From a virus: a stretch of DNA of 39,997 bases. This document shows, in pieces, positions 31,882-39,132 of the stretch. The stretch is taken from IMG/VR virus record IMGVR_UViG_3300045988_132245; one strand, given 5' to 3'. The position numbers were made by a program, and so were the translations under genes. The notes below the pieces were generated by a model. It was not told where the DNA came from and did no database searches. It saw only the letters and a program-made list of their open reading frames with translations. The stretch's first letter is position 1, and every line of letters begins with the position of its first letter.

Positions 31882-32916
31882 ATGAACGACCACCCAAAAC
31901 TGACGAAGGAACAACAAGACACCTGTGAGCGTCTGCTGGATAAGTCGCAGGAGGCGTTCATCCTCGCCATCGAACTATTCAATAGGCCCACCATTCGTTA
32001 CCGCGTCGAGGGATGCGCGTTCTTCCTCTGCAACGCCTGGGAGCTGATGCTCAAGGCATACATCGCTAAACGCGATGGGTACGAGGCGATTTTCTATCCA
32101 GGAAAGGAGAACCGCACCCTGGCATTGGAAGACTGCCTAAAGAAAGTCATGACCAACGACAAGGATCCAGTGCGTCTCAACGTCGAATCAATCAACGAAC
32201 TGCGTAACACCGGCACGCATTTCGTCGTAGAGGAATACGAGATTACCTACGGCCCCATCTTCCAAGCGAACATCCGCAACTATGATGACCGGTTGCGCAC
32301 CTACCATGGAATCGAAATCTGCAATCGTATCCCGGACAATTACCTTGTCCTATCGGTCAACCGCACAGACATCGACGGAGAATCCATTCGAGCCAAATAC
32401 ACACCAGAGGTCGCCGAAAGACTGCTATCCATGCAGAACGACATCGACTTGCGCTCGGCCGAAGAATCGAACACGAAGTACGCCGCCTACTTCCGAACCG
32501 AGTTCGTGCTCTCCAAGAAAGAAGGAATCCCCATCCGTGTTGACAACTCGGCAGGTTCAACTGCACGGGTGATTAAACAAGTAGTCCAACCAGATGACCG
32601 ATACCCCTACCGCATGAGCGACCTGCTGAAACTGGTCAACCGACAGCTACTCCGACAGGCTGTGAAATTCACCTCCGGAGAGAATGCCGATGCACGTTTC
32701 AATAACTACCATTTCAATCTATTCGTGAAATGCTACGGAATGAAGCATGACGAAAGGTATGCCTTCGATAGGGCTACGGCTGCGGAGAAGAAAGCGGGAC
32801 GGCATCAGTACACCTATTCAAATGCCGTCGTCAACTTCATCGTCGAAGAAATCGCTAAAGACCCAGAACACATCGTGGAAAAACTGCGGCGGAAAGTGGA
32901 AGGGGAAGAAAGATGA
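31882..32916 (+). CDS. HEPN-motif (DUF3644-like) protein, 344 aa; candidate abortive-infection/defence gene
   Basis: SD GGGAAAGG. R-x4-H motif ELRNTGTHF (R108..H113, nt 32203-32220). The N-terminal pattern AFILAIELFNRPTIRYRVEGCAFFLCNAWELMLKAYI matches my recollection of DUF3644. The region is AT-richer than the phage backbone. Confidence 0.6.
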   Translation: MNDHPKLTKEQQDTCERLLDKSQEAFILAIELFNRPTIRYRVEGCAFFLCNAWELMLKAYIAKRDGYEAIFYPGKENRTLALEDCLKKVMTNDKDPVRLNVESINELRNTGTHFVVEEYEITYGPIFQANIRNYDDRLRTYHGIEICNRIPDNYLVLSVNRTDIDGESIRAKYTPEVAERLLSMQNDIDLRSAEESNTKYAAYFRTEFVLSKKEGIPIRVDNSAGSTARVIKQVVQPDDRYPYRMSDLLKLVNRQLLRQAVKFTSGENADARFNNYHFNLFVKCYGMKHDERYAFDRATAAEKKAGRHQYTYSNAVVNFIVEEIAKDPEHIVEKLRRKVEGEER

Positions 32917-33082
32917 TTGAAGGCCAACCCCAGGAGCAAAGGAATTCTCGACCCAAAGTCTTACTCCCATTCGGGAACCCAGCTGAAATCCACTCAAGTT
33001 GGCCTTCAACGCAAAGCATAATCGGCAAGCGCCGGGACTGTCAATGTCAGGTGTGTCCATATGGGCACGGAAAGGTCGCATC

Positions 33083-33553
33083 ATGATTCATGGTGTAAGC
33101 ATCACCGACGCGGCAAGTCAGGTGGAATCGGCTTATTCTCTGCCGTTGTCGCCGCGCATGAGCTACGGGCAGATGCGCATGGCGCTGTACAACGTCTCGC
33201 CCGACCTGCAAGTATCCAGTGCCCAGTTGCCGGGGCAACTCGATGGAATCTACTGCCTCCAGACCAATACGGTGCTCATTGACCGGCGCATAACCTACAC
33301 GCGCAAACGCTGCGCACTCGTGCATGAGCTTGTCCACTGGAGACACGGAGACGACACCAGCAACGGCTGCAACGGCGGCAAACTTGAGCAGAGATGCCGA
33401 CGTGAGACCGCGATGCTGCTTATCAACCCGGCCGAATACGCGGTGGCGGAACGCATGTACGACGGAGAACCACACCAGATGGCCGCCGAATTGAACGTCA
33501 CCGTCCAAGTCATCGAAGACTACCGACAAATCCTAAGCGAGATAACCCACTAA
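33083..33553 (+). CDS. ImmA/IrrE-family zinc metallopeptidase (156 aa)
   Basis: HEXXH motif in the typical context RKRCALVHELVHWRHGDD (nt 33323-33337). Lies downstream of an XRE repressor and upstream of int. The start 33083 is preferred over the track start 32999. Confidence 0.75.
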   Translation: MIHGVSITDAASQVESAYSLPLSPRMSYGQMRMALYNVSPDLQVSSAQLPGQLDGIYCLQTNTVLIDRRITYTRKRCALVHELVHWRHGDDTSNGCNGGKLEQRCRRETAMLLINPAEYAVAERMYDGEPHQMAAELNVTVQVIEDYRQILSEITH

Positions 33554-33567
33554 GAAAGAAGAAAACC

Positions 33568-34038
33568 ATGAAAAAGACAATCACACTGCTGATAGCGGCA
33601 CTGTTGCTCGCCGGACTGACCGCCTGCGGAGGAAGCAACACCGCATCCGACGCGCCCGCCAAAACCGACAGCACGTCAAAGACGGAAACCAAGAAGGAGG
33701 AGCCCAAGCCCCAGCCGGCCGATCTGACCGGCACCTGGAAACAGACCAATTCCAACGACCCGAACTCATACATGGAAGCTACCATCAGCGGCGACACCAT
33801 CGAGGTCAACTGGATCGGCACCGACACCAAGAGCCTCTATTGGAAGGGCACCTATCAGGCCCCGACCAAGGCCGGCGACTGGAAGTGGACCAGCCAGGGC
33901 GACACCGAAACCATGGCTCAATCCCTGCTCGCCTCGCAGGACGCCACCAAGGACTTCGCTTACAGCGAAGCCGACGGCGTGAGCTGGGAGACCACCGCGC
34001 TCGGCACCACCATCACCGTCAAAACCGCCAAGCAGTAA
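33568..34038 (+). CDS. Secreted lipoprotein (156 aa), lysogeny-module accessory gene
   Basis: Signal peptide plus lipobox MKKTITLLIAALLLAGLTAC|GGSN, followed by a Thr/Lys/Glu-rich linker. Confidence 0.8.
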   Translation: MKKTITLLIAALLLAGLTACGGSNTASDAPAKTDSTSKTETKKEEPKPQPADLTGTWKQTNSNDPNSYMEATISGDTIEVNWIGTDTKSLYWKGTYQAPTKAGDWKWTSQGDTETMAQSLLASQDATKDFAYSEADGVSWETTALGTTITVKTAKQ

Positions 34039-34103
34039 AGAAAAGCCCTGCTAACGCGCCAACGTCAACAGGGCCGGCCGGTTCTGGCCGGAATGGCCGG
34101 AGT

Positions 34104-34138
34104 AAAACGAAAGGCTCCGGAATCACTTCCGAAGCCTT
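34104..34138 (-). terminator. Terminator-like hairpin oriented for the minus strand
   Basis: A 12-bp stem with one mismatch (AAGGCTCCGGAA/TTCCGAAGCCTT) and a 4-nt loop. The minus strand continues TCGTTTTACT. There is no minus-strand gene upstream, so the role is unclear. Confidence 0.35.
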
Positions 34139-34254
34139 CGCCGACCGGGTACTCCCAATCCACACAAATCATTGTACTCACCATAACCGTCCAAATCATC
34201 GGAGACTACAGGGCGCTGCTCTATGAGCACGTGAGATGAAGATGGAGCATACCT

Positions 34255-35544
34255 ATGGCACGAGTGTTCATCGTTGACCGTTGGCTCAAAAACGACGAGA
34301 ACGGCAATCCGCCGACTGCTGCGATGAAGCGCAGTCTCGCCAACGTCAAAGACCCCATGAAGGCCAAGGTGCCCGCCGAACACCGCAGCAGCACCTACGG
34401 AAAGTACGACCGCTGGCGATGCCGCTGGTACGCCGAGGCACAGGGCGTGAAGACCGAGAAGTCCAAAACGTTCCGGCTCCTGTCGGACGCGGAGGAGTTC
34501 AAAGCCGCCATGGAGGACGACATCAGGCGCGGCCGCTACCACGACCCCAAGCTCGCGCAGAAGCCATTCCGTCGGGTCGCCGAGGAGTGGACGGCAACGA
34601 AAGCCGACATCAAACCCGGCACCCTGCGCCGCTACAAGCGAGAACTTAGAATCTACATCAACCCCCAATGGGGCGACACCCCCATAGGGGACATCAAGAC
34701 GGAAGCGATACAGAAATGGGTGAACCAACTGTCGGAGGGCGGCTATCCGGCCGACAGAAAACGCGGAACGGAAAACACTCGCGCGTTGAAGCCACGGTCG
34801 ATTCGCAACATCGTGCGCGTGGTCATGGGCGGTGTGCTCGGCCATGCTCTGAAACAGGGATATATCACCGCGAATCCCATGCAGTCCGTCGCCACTCCGC
34901 GCGTCGTCGACGATGACGACGACATGGTATTTCTCTCGATTCCCGAGGTGGAGGATCTGGCCATCGAGGCCGGCAGAGTAAAGAACGACCCGCAGGACAC
35001 GCTCATCGTTCGATGGCAGGCCTACGTCGGGCCGCGCATCGGCGAGACCTTCGCTCTGCAGGTCAAGGACATGGACTTTCCCCGTCGGCGAGCGCGCATC
35101 CGCCGCACCTGGGCGGAGGATAAGGACGGGAAGATGATTCTCGGTTCCCCGAAAAACGGGAAGGCGCGTTGGGTGGCGTTCCCTGAATTTCTTGTGGCTG
35201 GTTTGGAACGTCAGTGCGATGGGCGTGATCCTGATGATTATGTGTTCCGTGCGGCCCGTGGCGGCAATCTGTGGGTCAACACGTGGAGGTCGCGCATTTG
35301 GAGTCCGGCCGTCAGGCGTGCGGGTATGGAGGATTCCGGCGTGCGCATCCACGACCTGCGCCACACGTATGCGAGCATCGCGATTGCCAACGGCTGCGAC
35401 GTGAAGACGTTGCAGTCCCAGTTGGGGCATTCGAGCGCTATGGTCACGCTTGACACGTATGCGCGGTTGTGGCCGGAGAAGCTGGATGAGGTGGCCGATG
35501 CTGTGGGCCGTGCCAGGGCGGAGGAACTGGACGAGGCGGCGTAG
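34255..35544 (+). CDS. int: Tyrosine integrase (429 aa)
   Basis: C-terminal catalytic signature GVRIHDLRHTYASIAIANGCDVKTLQSQLGHSSAMVTLDTYARL. Adjacent to attP. Confidence 0.92.
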   Translation: MARVFIVDRWLKNDENGNPPTAAMKRSLANVKDPMKAKVPAEHRSSTYGKYDRWRCRWYAEAQGVKTEKSKTFRLLSDAEEFKAAMEDDIRRGRYHDPKLAQKPFRRVAEEWTATKADIKPGTLRRYKRELRIYINPQWGDTPIGDIKTEAIQKWVNQLSEGGYPADRKRGTENTRALKPRSIRNIVRVVMGGVLGHALKQGYITANPMQSVATPRVVDDDDDMVFLSIPEVEDLAIEAGRVKNDPQDTLIVRWQAYVGPRIGETFALQVKDMDFPRRRARIRRTWAEDKDGKMILGSPKNGKARWVAFPEFLVAGLERQCDGRDPDDYVFRAARGGNLWVNTWRSRIWSPAVRRAGMEDSGVRIHDLRHTYASIAIANGCDVKTLQSQLGHSSAMVTLDTYARLWPEKLDEVADAVGRARAEELDEAA

Positions 35545-35551
35545 GTTCTGC

Positions 35552-35593
35552 GGTCATCGGATAAAATCGGATAAATCGGTTGAACCGGATAAA
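35552..35593 (+). repeat. attP arm-type repeats, P side (3 copies of CGGATAAA)
   Basis: CGGATAAA at 35558, 35568 and 35586. GGTCATCGGATAAAA (35552-35566) recurs at 35791-35805. Confidence 0.55.
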
Positions 35594-35596
35594 AGG

Positions 35597-35631
35597 AAAA
35601 ACCCCGGAATCGTTGAGATTCCGGGGTTTTT
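35597..35631. terminator. Bidirectional rho-independent terminator (ends int; would also terminate the reconstituted host tRNA gene)
   Basis: A 10-bp stem CCCCGGAATC/GATTCCGGGG with a 5-nt loop, flanked by AAAAA and TTTTT. Confidence 0.75.
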
Positions 35632-35668
35632 GGTCGGGCTAGCCGGATTTGAACCGGCGACATCCTGT
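35631..35668 (-). other. tRNA 3'-end fragment: probable attP core
   Basis: The minus strand reads ...GTCGCCGGTTCAAATCCGGCTAGCCCGACCA, which is a T arm, a 3' acceptor strand and CCA. No matching 5' acceptor (CGGGCTA) lies upstream, so this is a fragment and not a gene. Confidence 0.65.
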
Positions 35669-35790
35669 TGTATTCGACCTGTTTTCGTCTTTCTCCATCA
35701 AATTCTGTAAGACCTAAAACGGTTGGAATTTCAACGTTTTGCGCCTATGTAGTTTATTCGTTGAGTTCGGTGATATATGTCGTTTTCAGA

Positions 35791-35814
35791 GGTCATCGGA
35801 TAAAAATCGGATAA
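35791..35814 (+). repeat. attP arm-type repeats, P' side (2 copies of CGGATAAA)
   Basis: CGGATAAA at 35797 and 35807, within GGTCATCGGATAAAAATCGGATAAAT. Same orientation as the P-side copies. Confidence 0.55.
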
Positions 35815-35847
35815 ATTTACACCGTCTCGGACCGCGCCTACAACGTG

Positions 35848-35911
35848 AAAAATCGGCCCCGTCCGGCCGCAGTCAAGCTCTATGAGAGCCGTCTGCGGCC
35901 GGACGGGGCCG
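35848..35911 (-). terminator. Strong rho-independent terminator closing the lysis operon
   Basis: A perfect 19-bp inverted repeat (35854-35872 and 35893-35911) with a 20-nt loop. The minus strand continues ATTTTTC. It is 49 nt downstream of the stop of 35960-36307. Confidence 0.7.
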
Positions 35912-35959
35912 TAACATTCGGGGTTAAATTATTCTTTCAAACCCCATCCAGACGATTCG

Positions 35960-36307
35960 TCACTTGGATGTGGCGGTGAAGGTGACGTCGATGCTGTCGA
36001 GTTTGGCCGTGACGGCCTGCGCGACGATCTCGGCGATGTCGGCTGGGTTCGCGCCGAGGCTCTTGGCGAGCGTGTCCAGGGCGGTCTGCTGGGCCGCGAC
36101 CAGGGCGGTCAGTTGCGCGAGGGCCTTCTCGTTGCGGTCGGCCCGCTCCCAGATGCCCTTGATCTCGTTGTACAAGTTGCCGCCATAGCAGCCGCCCTGG
36201 CCGTCCTTGTCGGTCCAGTTGTAGGTCGCGACCTTGCCCGCCGTCTGCGATGCCCGGGCGGGGCGTTCGGTTTCAGGGCATGTCGTGGTCGCCGGCGAGC
36301 GCCGCAT
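35960..36307 (-). CDS. Hypothetical protein downstream of the endolysin (115 aa)
   Basis: ORF with a coiled-coil-like C-terminus (EKALAQLTALVAAQQTALDTLAKSL). SD is weak and the start is uncertain. Confidence 0.5.
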   Translation of the reverse strand: MRRSPATTTCPETERPARASQTAGKVATYNWTDKDGQGGCYGGNLYNEIKGIWERADRNEKALAQLTALVAAQQTALDTLAKSLGANPADIAEIVAQAVTAKLDSIDVTFTATSK

Positions 36308-36370
36308 ACAGTTCGAATGCGAGTACGACTGCGATCAGGCCCGCGTATTCGGAGAGTCAGCGGATGCGGT

Positions 36371-37087
36371 TCATACGCCGAGCTTCTTCATGGTGCCGCG
36401 CACCATGCTGTCGATCTGGTCGAAGCGGCTCCACCATGGGGCTCCGTTGTTGCCGTGGATCAATGGCACGCCTGCCTGCTGGAGCAGGTTGGCCTGATCG
36501 GGGTGTGTGAGCGCGGTGCGTCCCTTGCCGGGCTCGCAGTACCAGATGACTCCCGTGGAGTCGTTGCGGATCATCATTGCCGCCATGATATCTACCTCCT
36601 GTGTTCCGGTGTTGCCGGATAGCTTCTGTTGGACGAGTTGAATGAATGCCGGCCACGTGTAGCCGTAGCGGCTGAAATACGGAATCGGGTCGGTGTGGTC
36701 GCTGCCGCCGTAGGTCTGAGAGAACCATGAGTGCGGGTGCATGCGGTCCACGCCCCACCCGTGTGCGCGCAATCGTTGTGCGATCACGTCGGCGGCGATG
36801 TCGATGCCTTTCCAGAAGTCCGACGCGTTGGTGGCCTCGCAGATCTCGATGCCTTCGCACGTGGTGTTGCCGTTGCCGACCTGCCAGCACAATCGGTCGT
36901 AGGGCACGCAGTGGATCGCCTCCTTCCAGTCGGAGGTGAGGTGAACCGCATAGTCGTAGCCGCGAGACCATAAGTCGCGGTGATTGCGGGCCGTTGCGCC
37001 GGGATTCGCCGTGCTGTGAACGGCGAACAGGGACGGGCTGAGATAACCGTGCCCCTGGTTGACTATCTCCTCCTTGATCTGAACCAT
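36371..37087 (-). CDS. Endolysin: N-acetylmuramoyl-L-alanine amidase (amidase_2/PGRP-type) with a C-terminal wall-binding domain (238 aa)
   Basis: Motifs AVHSTANPGATARNH...YAVH...CWQVGNGN..CEGIEICE. Lies immediately after the holin gene. ATG at 37087. Confidence 0.88.
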   Translation of the reverse strand: MVQIKEEIVNQGHGYLSPSLFAVHSTANPGATARNHRDLWSRGYDYAVHLTSDWKEAIHCVPYDRLCWQVGNGNTTCEGIEICEATNASDFWKGIDIAADVIAQRLRAHGWGVDRMHPHSWFSQTYGGSDHTDPIPYFSRYGYTWPAFIQLVQQKLSGNTGTQEVDIMAAMMIRNDSTGVIWYCEPGKGRTALTHPDQANLLQQAGVPLIHGNNGAPWWSRFDQIDSMVRGTMKKLGV

Positions 37088-37091
37088 GGGC

Positions 37092-37484
37092 TCACTCCGT
37101 GGAGTCGGCCTTGGCATCCGGGTCGGAGATCATCTCGCTCATGGGCACGACCTCGCCCGGCATATCCACGGCGTTACCTGTGTCCTGGGCAAGCTTGACG
37201 GCATTGACGACCTGCTGGCCCTGCACGGCCGCGGAGGTCACGTTGTTGTTGCGCCACCACGAGTAGATGCTGACGATGACGGCGATGACGCCGGTGATCG
37301 CCGTGCTCACCTGGTCCGAGGTGAACGGAAGCTGGCTGATGCCCGCGATGGACAGACCGGTCTGGACGACGCTGAACAGCTGGACGATCAGCAGCACGAT
37401 GGATTTCGTGCGCTCCACGGTCAGACCTGGAATCGTGGTGGTGTTGGCGGCCTTGTGGTCGGCCACGCCTTTGGTGTTTGCCAT
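37092..37484 (-). CDS. Holin (130 aa)
   Basis: Two TM helices (SIVLLIVQLFSVVQTGLSIAGI; AITGVIAVIVSIYSWW) and a charged C-terminus. Lies upstream of the endolysin. Confidence 0.75.
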   Translation of the reverse strand: MANTKGVADHKAANTTTIPGLTVERTKSIVLLIVQLFSVVQTGLSIAGISQLPFTSDQVSTAITGVIAVIVSIYSWWRNNNVTSAAVQGQQVVNAVKLAQDTGNAVDMPGEVVPMSEMISDPDAKADSTE

Positions 37485-37496
37485 TGGTGTTCCTTT

Positions 37497-37853
37497 CTAT
37501 TGGTGGTTGTTTCCTCCGCGCCGGAGGTCGTTGACCTCGTGGCGCAGTTCGATGAGGTTCTGCTCGGTAGTGGTGATGCGACGATTGACGGTCGCGAACT
37601 CGCCGTTCATGTCGTCACGCAGACCGTCGACCGCGCCGCGCAATGATTCGATGGCGTCCAATGTGCGCAGGGCCTTGTCGTCGAGGTCGTCGCGCAACGG
37701 CATCTCATGGTTGTTCGTTATCTCGCCGCGCGTCGCCCGATCCCTCTCGTCCCCTCTGTGGTTGATCCAGATGGCAGTGACGATCTGGGCGGCGAGCACC
37801 AGGGCGCTCACCACGATGTACGCCCATGCGGGCAATCCCTCGGGCAGGTTCAT
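37497..37853 (-). CDS. Membrane-anchored coiled-coil protein (118 aa), lysis-associated
   Basis: N-terminal TM helix AWAYIVVSALVLAAQIVTAIWI followed by a charged helical region. It is the first gene of the lysis cassette. Confidence 0.6.
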   Translation of the reverse strand: MNLPEGLPAWAYIVVSALVLAAQIVTAIWINHRGDERDRATRGEITNNHEMPLRDDLDDKALRTLDAIESLRGAVDGLRDDMNGEFATVNRRITTTEQNLIELRHEVNDLRRGGNNHQ

Positions 37854-37873
37854 GCACGGCTCCTACGGTAGGG

Positions 37874-37923
37874 AAAACCCACACGCAGATCCGCATGGAA
37901 CGGCCATGATGCGTGTGGGTTTT
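37874..37923. promoter_or_regulatory. Large hairpin with flanking A- and T-tracts filling the divergent gap between the lysis cassette and the recombinase gene
   Basis: AAAACCCACACGCA (37874-37887) pairs with TGCGTGTGGGTTTT (37910-37923). An inner CATGG/CCATG stem also forms. Only 11 nt separate it from the ATG at 37935. Confidence 0.5.
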
Positions 37924-37934
37924 GGAGGTATGAA

Positions 37935-38798
37935 ATGTTGCTGAATGAGTATTGGGACGAGTCGTATTGGCCGTCATGTGGCAGGCTGCGCGAATGCACG
38001 CGCGTCGGATATGCGAGTGCATGGCGACGTCACATACGACCCGAATTGGGTGACATGGACCTGGCTGACCTGACAGGGCCGCGTATCCAATCGTGGCTGG
38101 ACTCGATCACGTCGGCCGGAGCGGCGCGTAAGGCGTGGGCCGTATTGCGGCAGATGCTGCGTTCGGCGGTGCGGCTCGGATTACTGGATGCGGACGTGAC
38201 CGGCAGGGTCACGCCACCGAAACCGAGTGGTTATGAACCGGAGGTTTTGGATATCCGCCAGATACGCCAGTTGCTGCAGGGTTTCCACGGGCATGAGCTC
38301 GAGGCATGGCTGATCTGCAGCGTATGCCTCGGATTGCGCACCGAAGAAGCCCTCGGATTGGAATGGCAGGATCTGAACCTCAACACCGGCAAAGTCAGGG
38401 TCCAGCGCGGCCTGCAATGGGTGGACGGGCACGAGGTAATCGTGGATCCAAAAACCGAGTTGAGCCGTCGCACCATCGTGCTGCCGCGATTCGCGGTACT
38501 TCGACTCCGTGAAATCAGGCCACGAGAAGGTGTCCGACTCATCGGCTCGTTGAATCCCGGCCAGGTCGCTCGTCGCTACGCCACATGGTGCAGATCGCAG
38601 AACCTGCCGTATGTGCCGAGACGGAACCTGCGCCATAGCTGGGCGTCCACCGCGTTAGGCGCCGGCGTAGATGTGGCGGTGGTCAGTCGAGCACTCGGCC
38701 ACTCCAGCATCGCTACAACAGCCCGCTACTACCTGCGCCCAGACAGTGAAGTACTCCGCGAAGCGCAACGCACATGGGAGCACGCCCTCATACGTTGA
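37935..38798 (+). CDS. Tyrosine site-specific recombinase (287 aa), shufflon invertase candidate (Rin-like)
   Basis: Catalytic motifs GLRTEEALGL (Arg I), DPKTELSRRTIVLP (Lys hairpin), RNLRHSWAS (H-x-x-R region) and LGHSSIATTARYY (Tyr). This is a second recombinase, distinct from int. Its stop is 2 nt before recombination site b. Confidence 0.9.
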   Translation: MLLNEYWDESYWPSCGRLRECTRVGYASAWRRHIRPELGDMDLADLTGPRIQSWLDSITSAGAARKAWAVLRQMLRSAVRLGLLDADVTGRVTPPKPSGYEPEVLDIRQIRQLLQGFHGHELEAWLICSVCLGLRTEEALGLEWQDLNLNTGKVRVQRGLQWVDGHEVIVDPKTELSRRTIVLPRFAVLRLREIRPREGVRLIGSLNPGQVARRYATWCRSQNLPYVPRRNLRHSWASTALGAGVDVAVVSRALGHSSIATTARYYLRPDSEVLREAQRTWEHALIR

Positions 38799-38800
38799 TA

Positions 38801-38815
38801 GGGATTCGCTAACCC
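38801..38815 (+). other. Recombination site copy b (GGGATTCGCTAACCC)
   Basis: Inverted relative to copies a and d. Shares the 19 nt GATAGGGATTCGCTAACCC with copy d. Confidence 0.75.
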
Positions 38816-39117
38816 AATCGTCTGTATCGTTTACTGGCCCCTACGCGATGAATGTACTACTCATGCGCATAGGTCGCATCGTTATAGCGGTCGGCCAACC
38901 TTCGCCATCATCTAGTTATGCGACCGGAGAATTGAAAGCTATAGAGAAAATCCCGGAAGGATACAGGCCAGCTTCCTACGGGTCGATTCTGTTTGCATCG
39001 AACAATGGCGGCGCTGTCGGTAGCTGGTATATAAGCTCTGATGGAAGCATCACCATCCGCGGCAAAGCGGATAAAGGATATTACCAAACCTGTACTGGCT
39101 GCTGGCTGACCGCCTAG
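38803..39117 (+). CDS. Silent fibre C-terminal cassette (104 codons, no start codon)
   Basis: Open from the D-S-L-T codons of site b to TAG 39115-39117 (DSLTQSSVSFTGPYAMNV...YYQTCTGCWLTA). No SD or start. AT-richer than its neighbours. The track shows it only as the tail of an artefactual ORF, 38671-39117. Confidence 0.7.
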   Translation, partial: DSLTQSSVSFTGPYAMNVLLMRIGRIVIAVGQPSPSSSYATGELKAIEKIPEGYRPASYGSILFASNNGGAVGSWYISSDGSITIRGKADKGYYQTCTGCWLTA

Positions 39118-39132
39118 CTTTCGCTAACCCCC
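39118..39132 (+). other. Recombination site copy c (CTTTCGCTAACCCCC, degenerate left arm)
   Basis: Shares the core TTCGCTAACCC with the other copies. It directly follows the TAG of the previous cassette. Confidence 0.65.

Noticed and set aside
34123-35430. A 435-aa minus-strand ORF opposite the integrase.
   Set aside because: It is an antisense shadow of a gene with an unambiguous tyrosine-integrase catalytic signature.
38671-39117. A 148-aa plus-strand ORF that looks like an independent gene downstream of the recombinase.
   Set aside because: Its first ~44 codons are an alternative frame inside the recombinase gene. The meaningful part starts at the recombination site (38803) and is better explained as a start-less fibre cassette.
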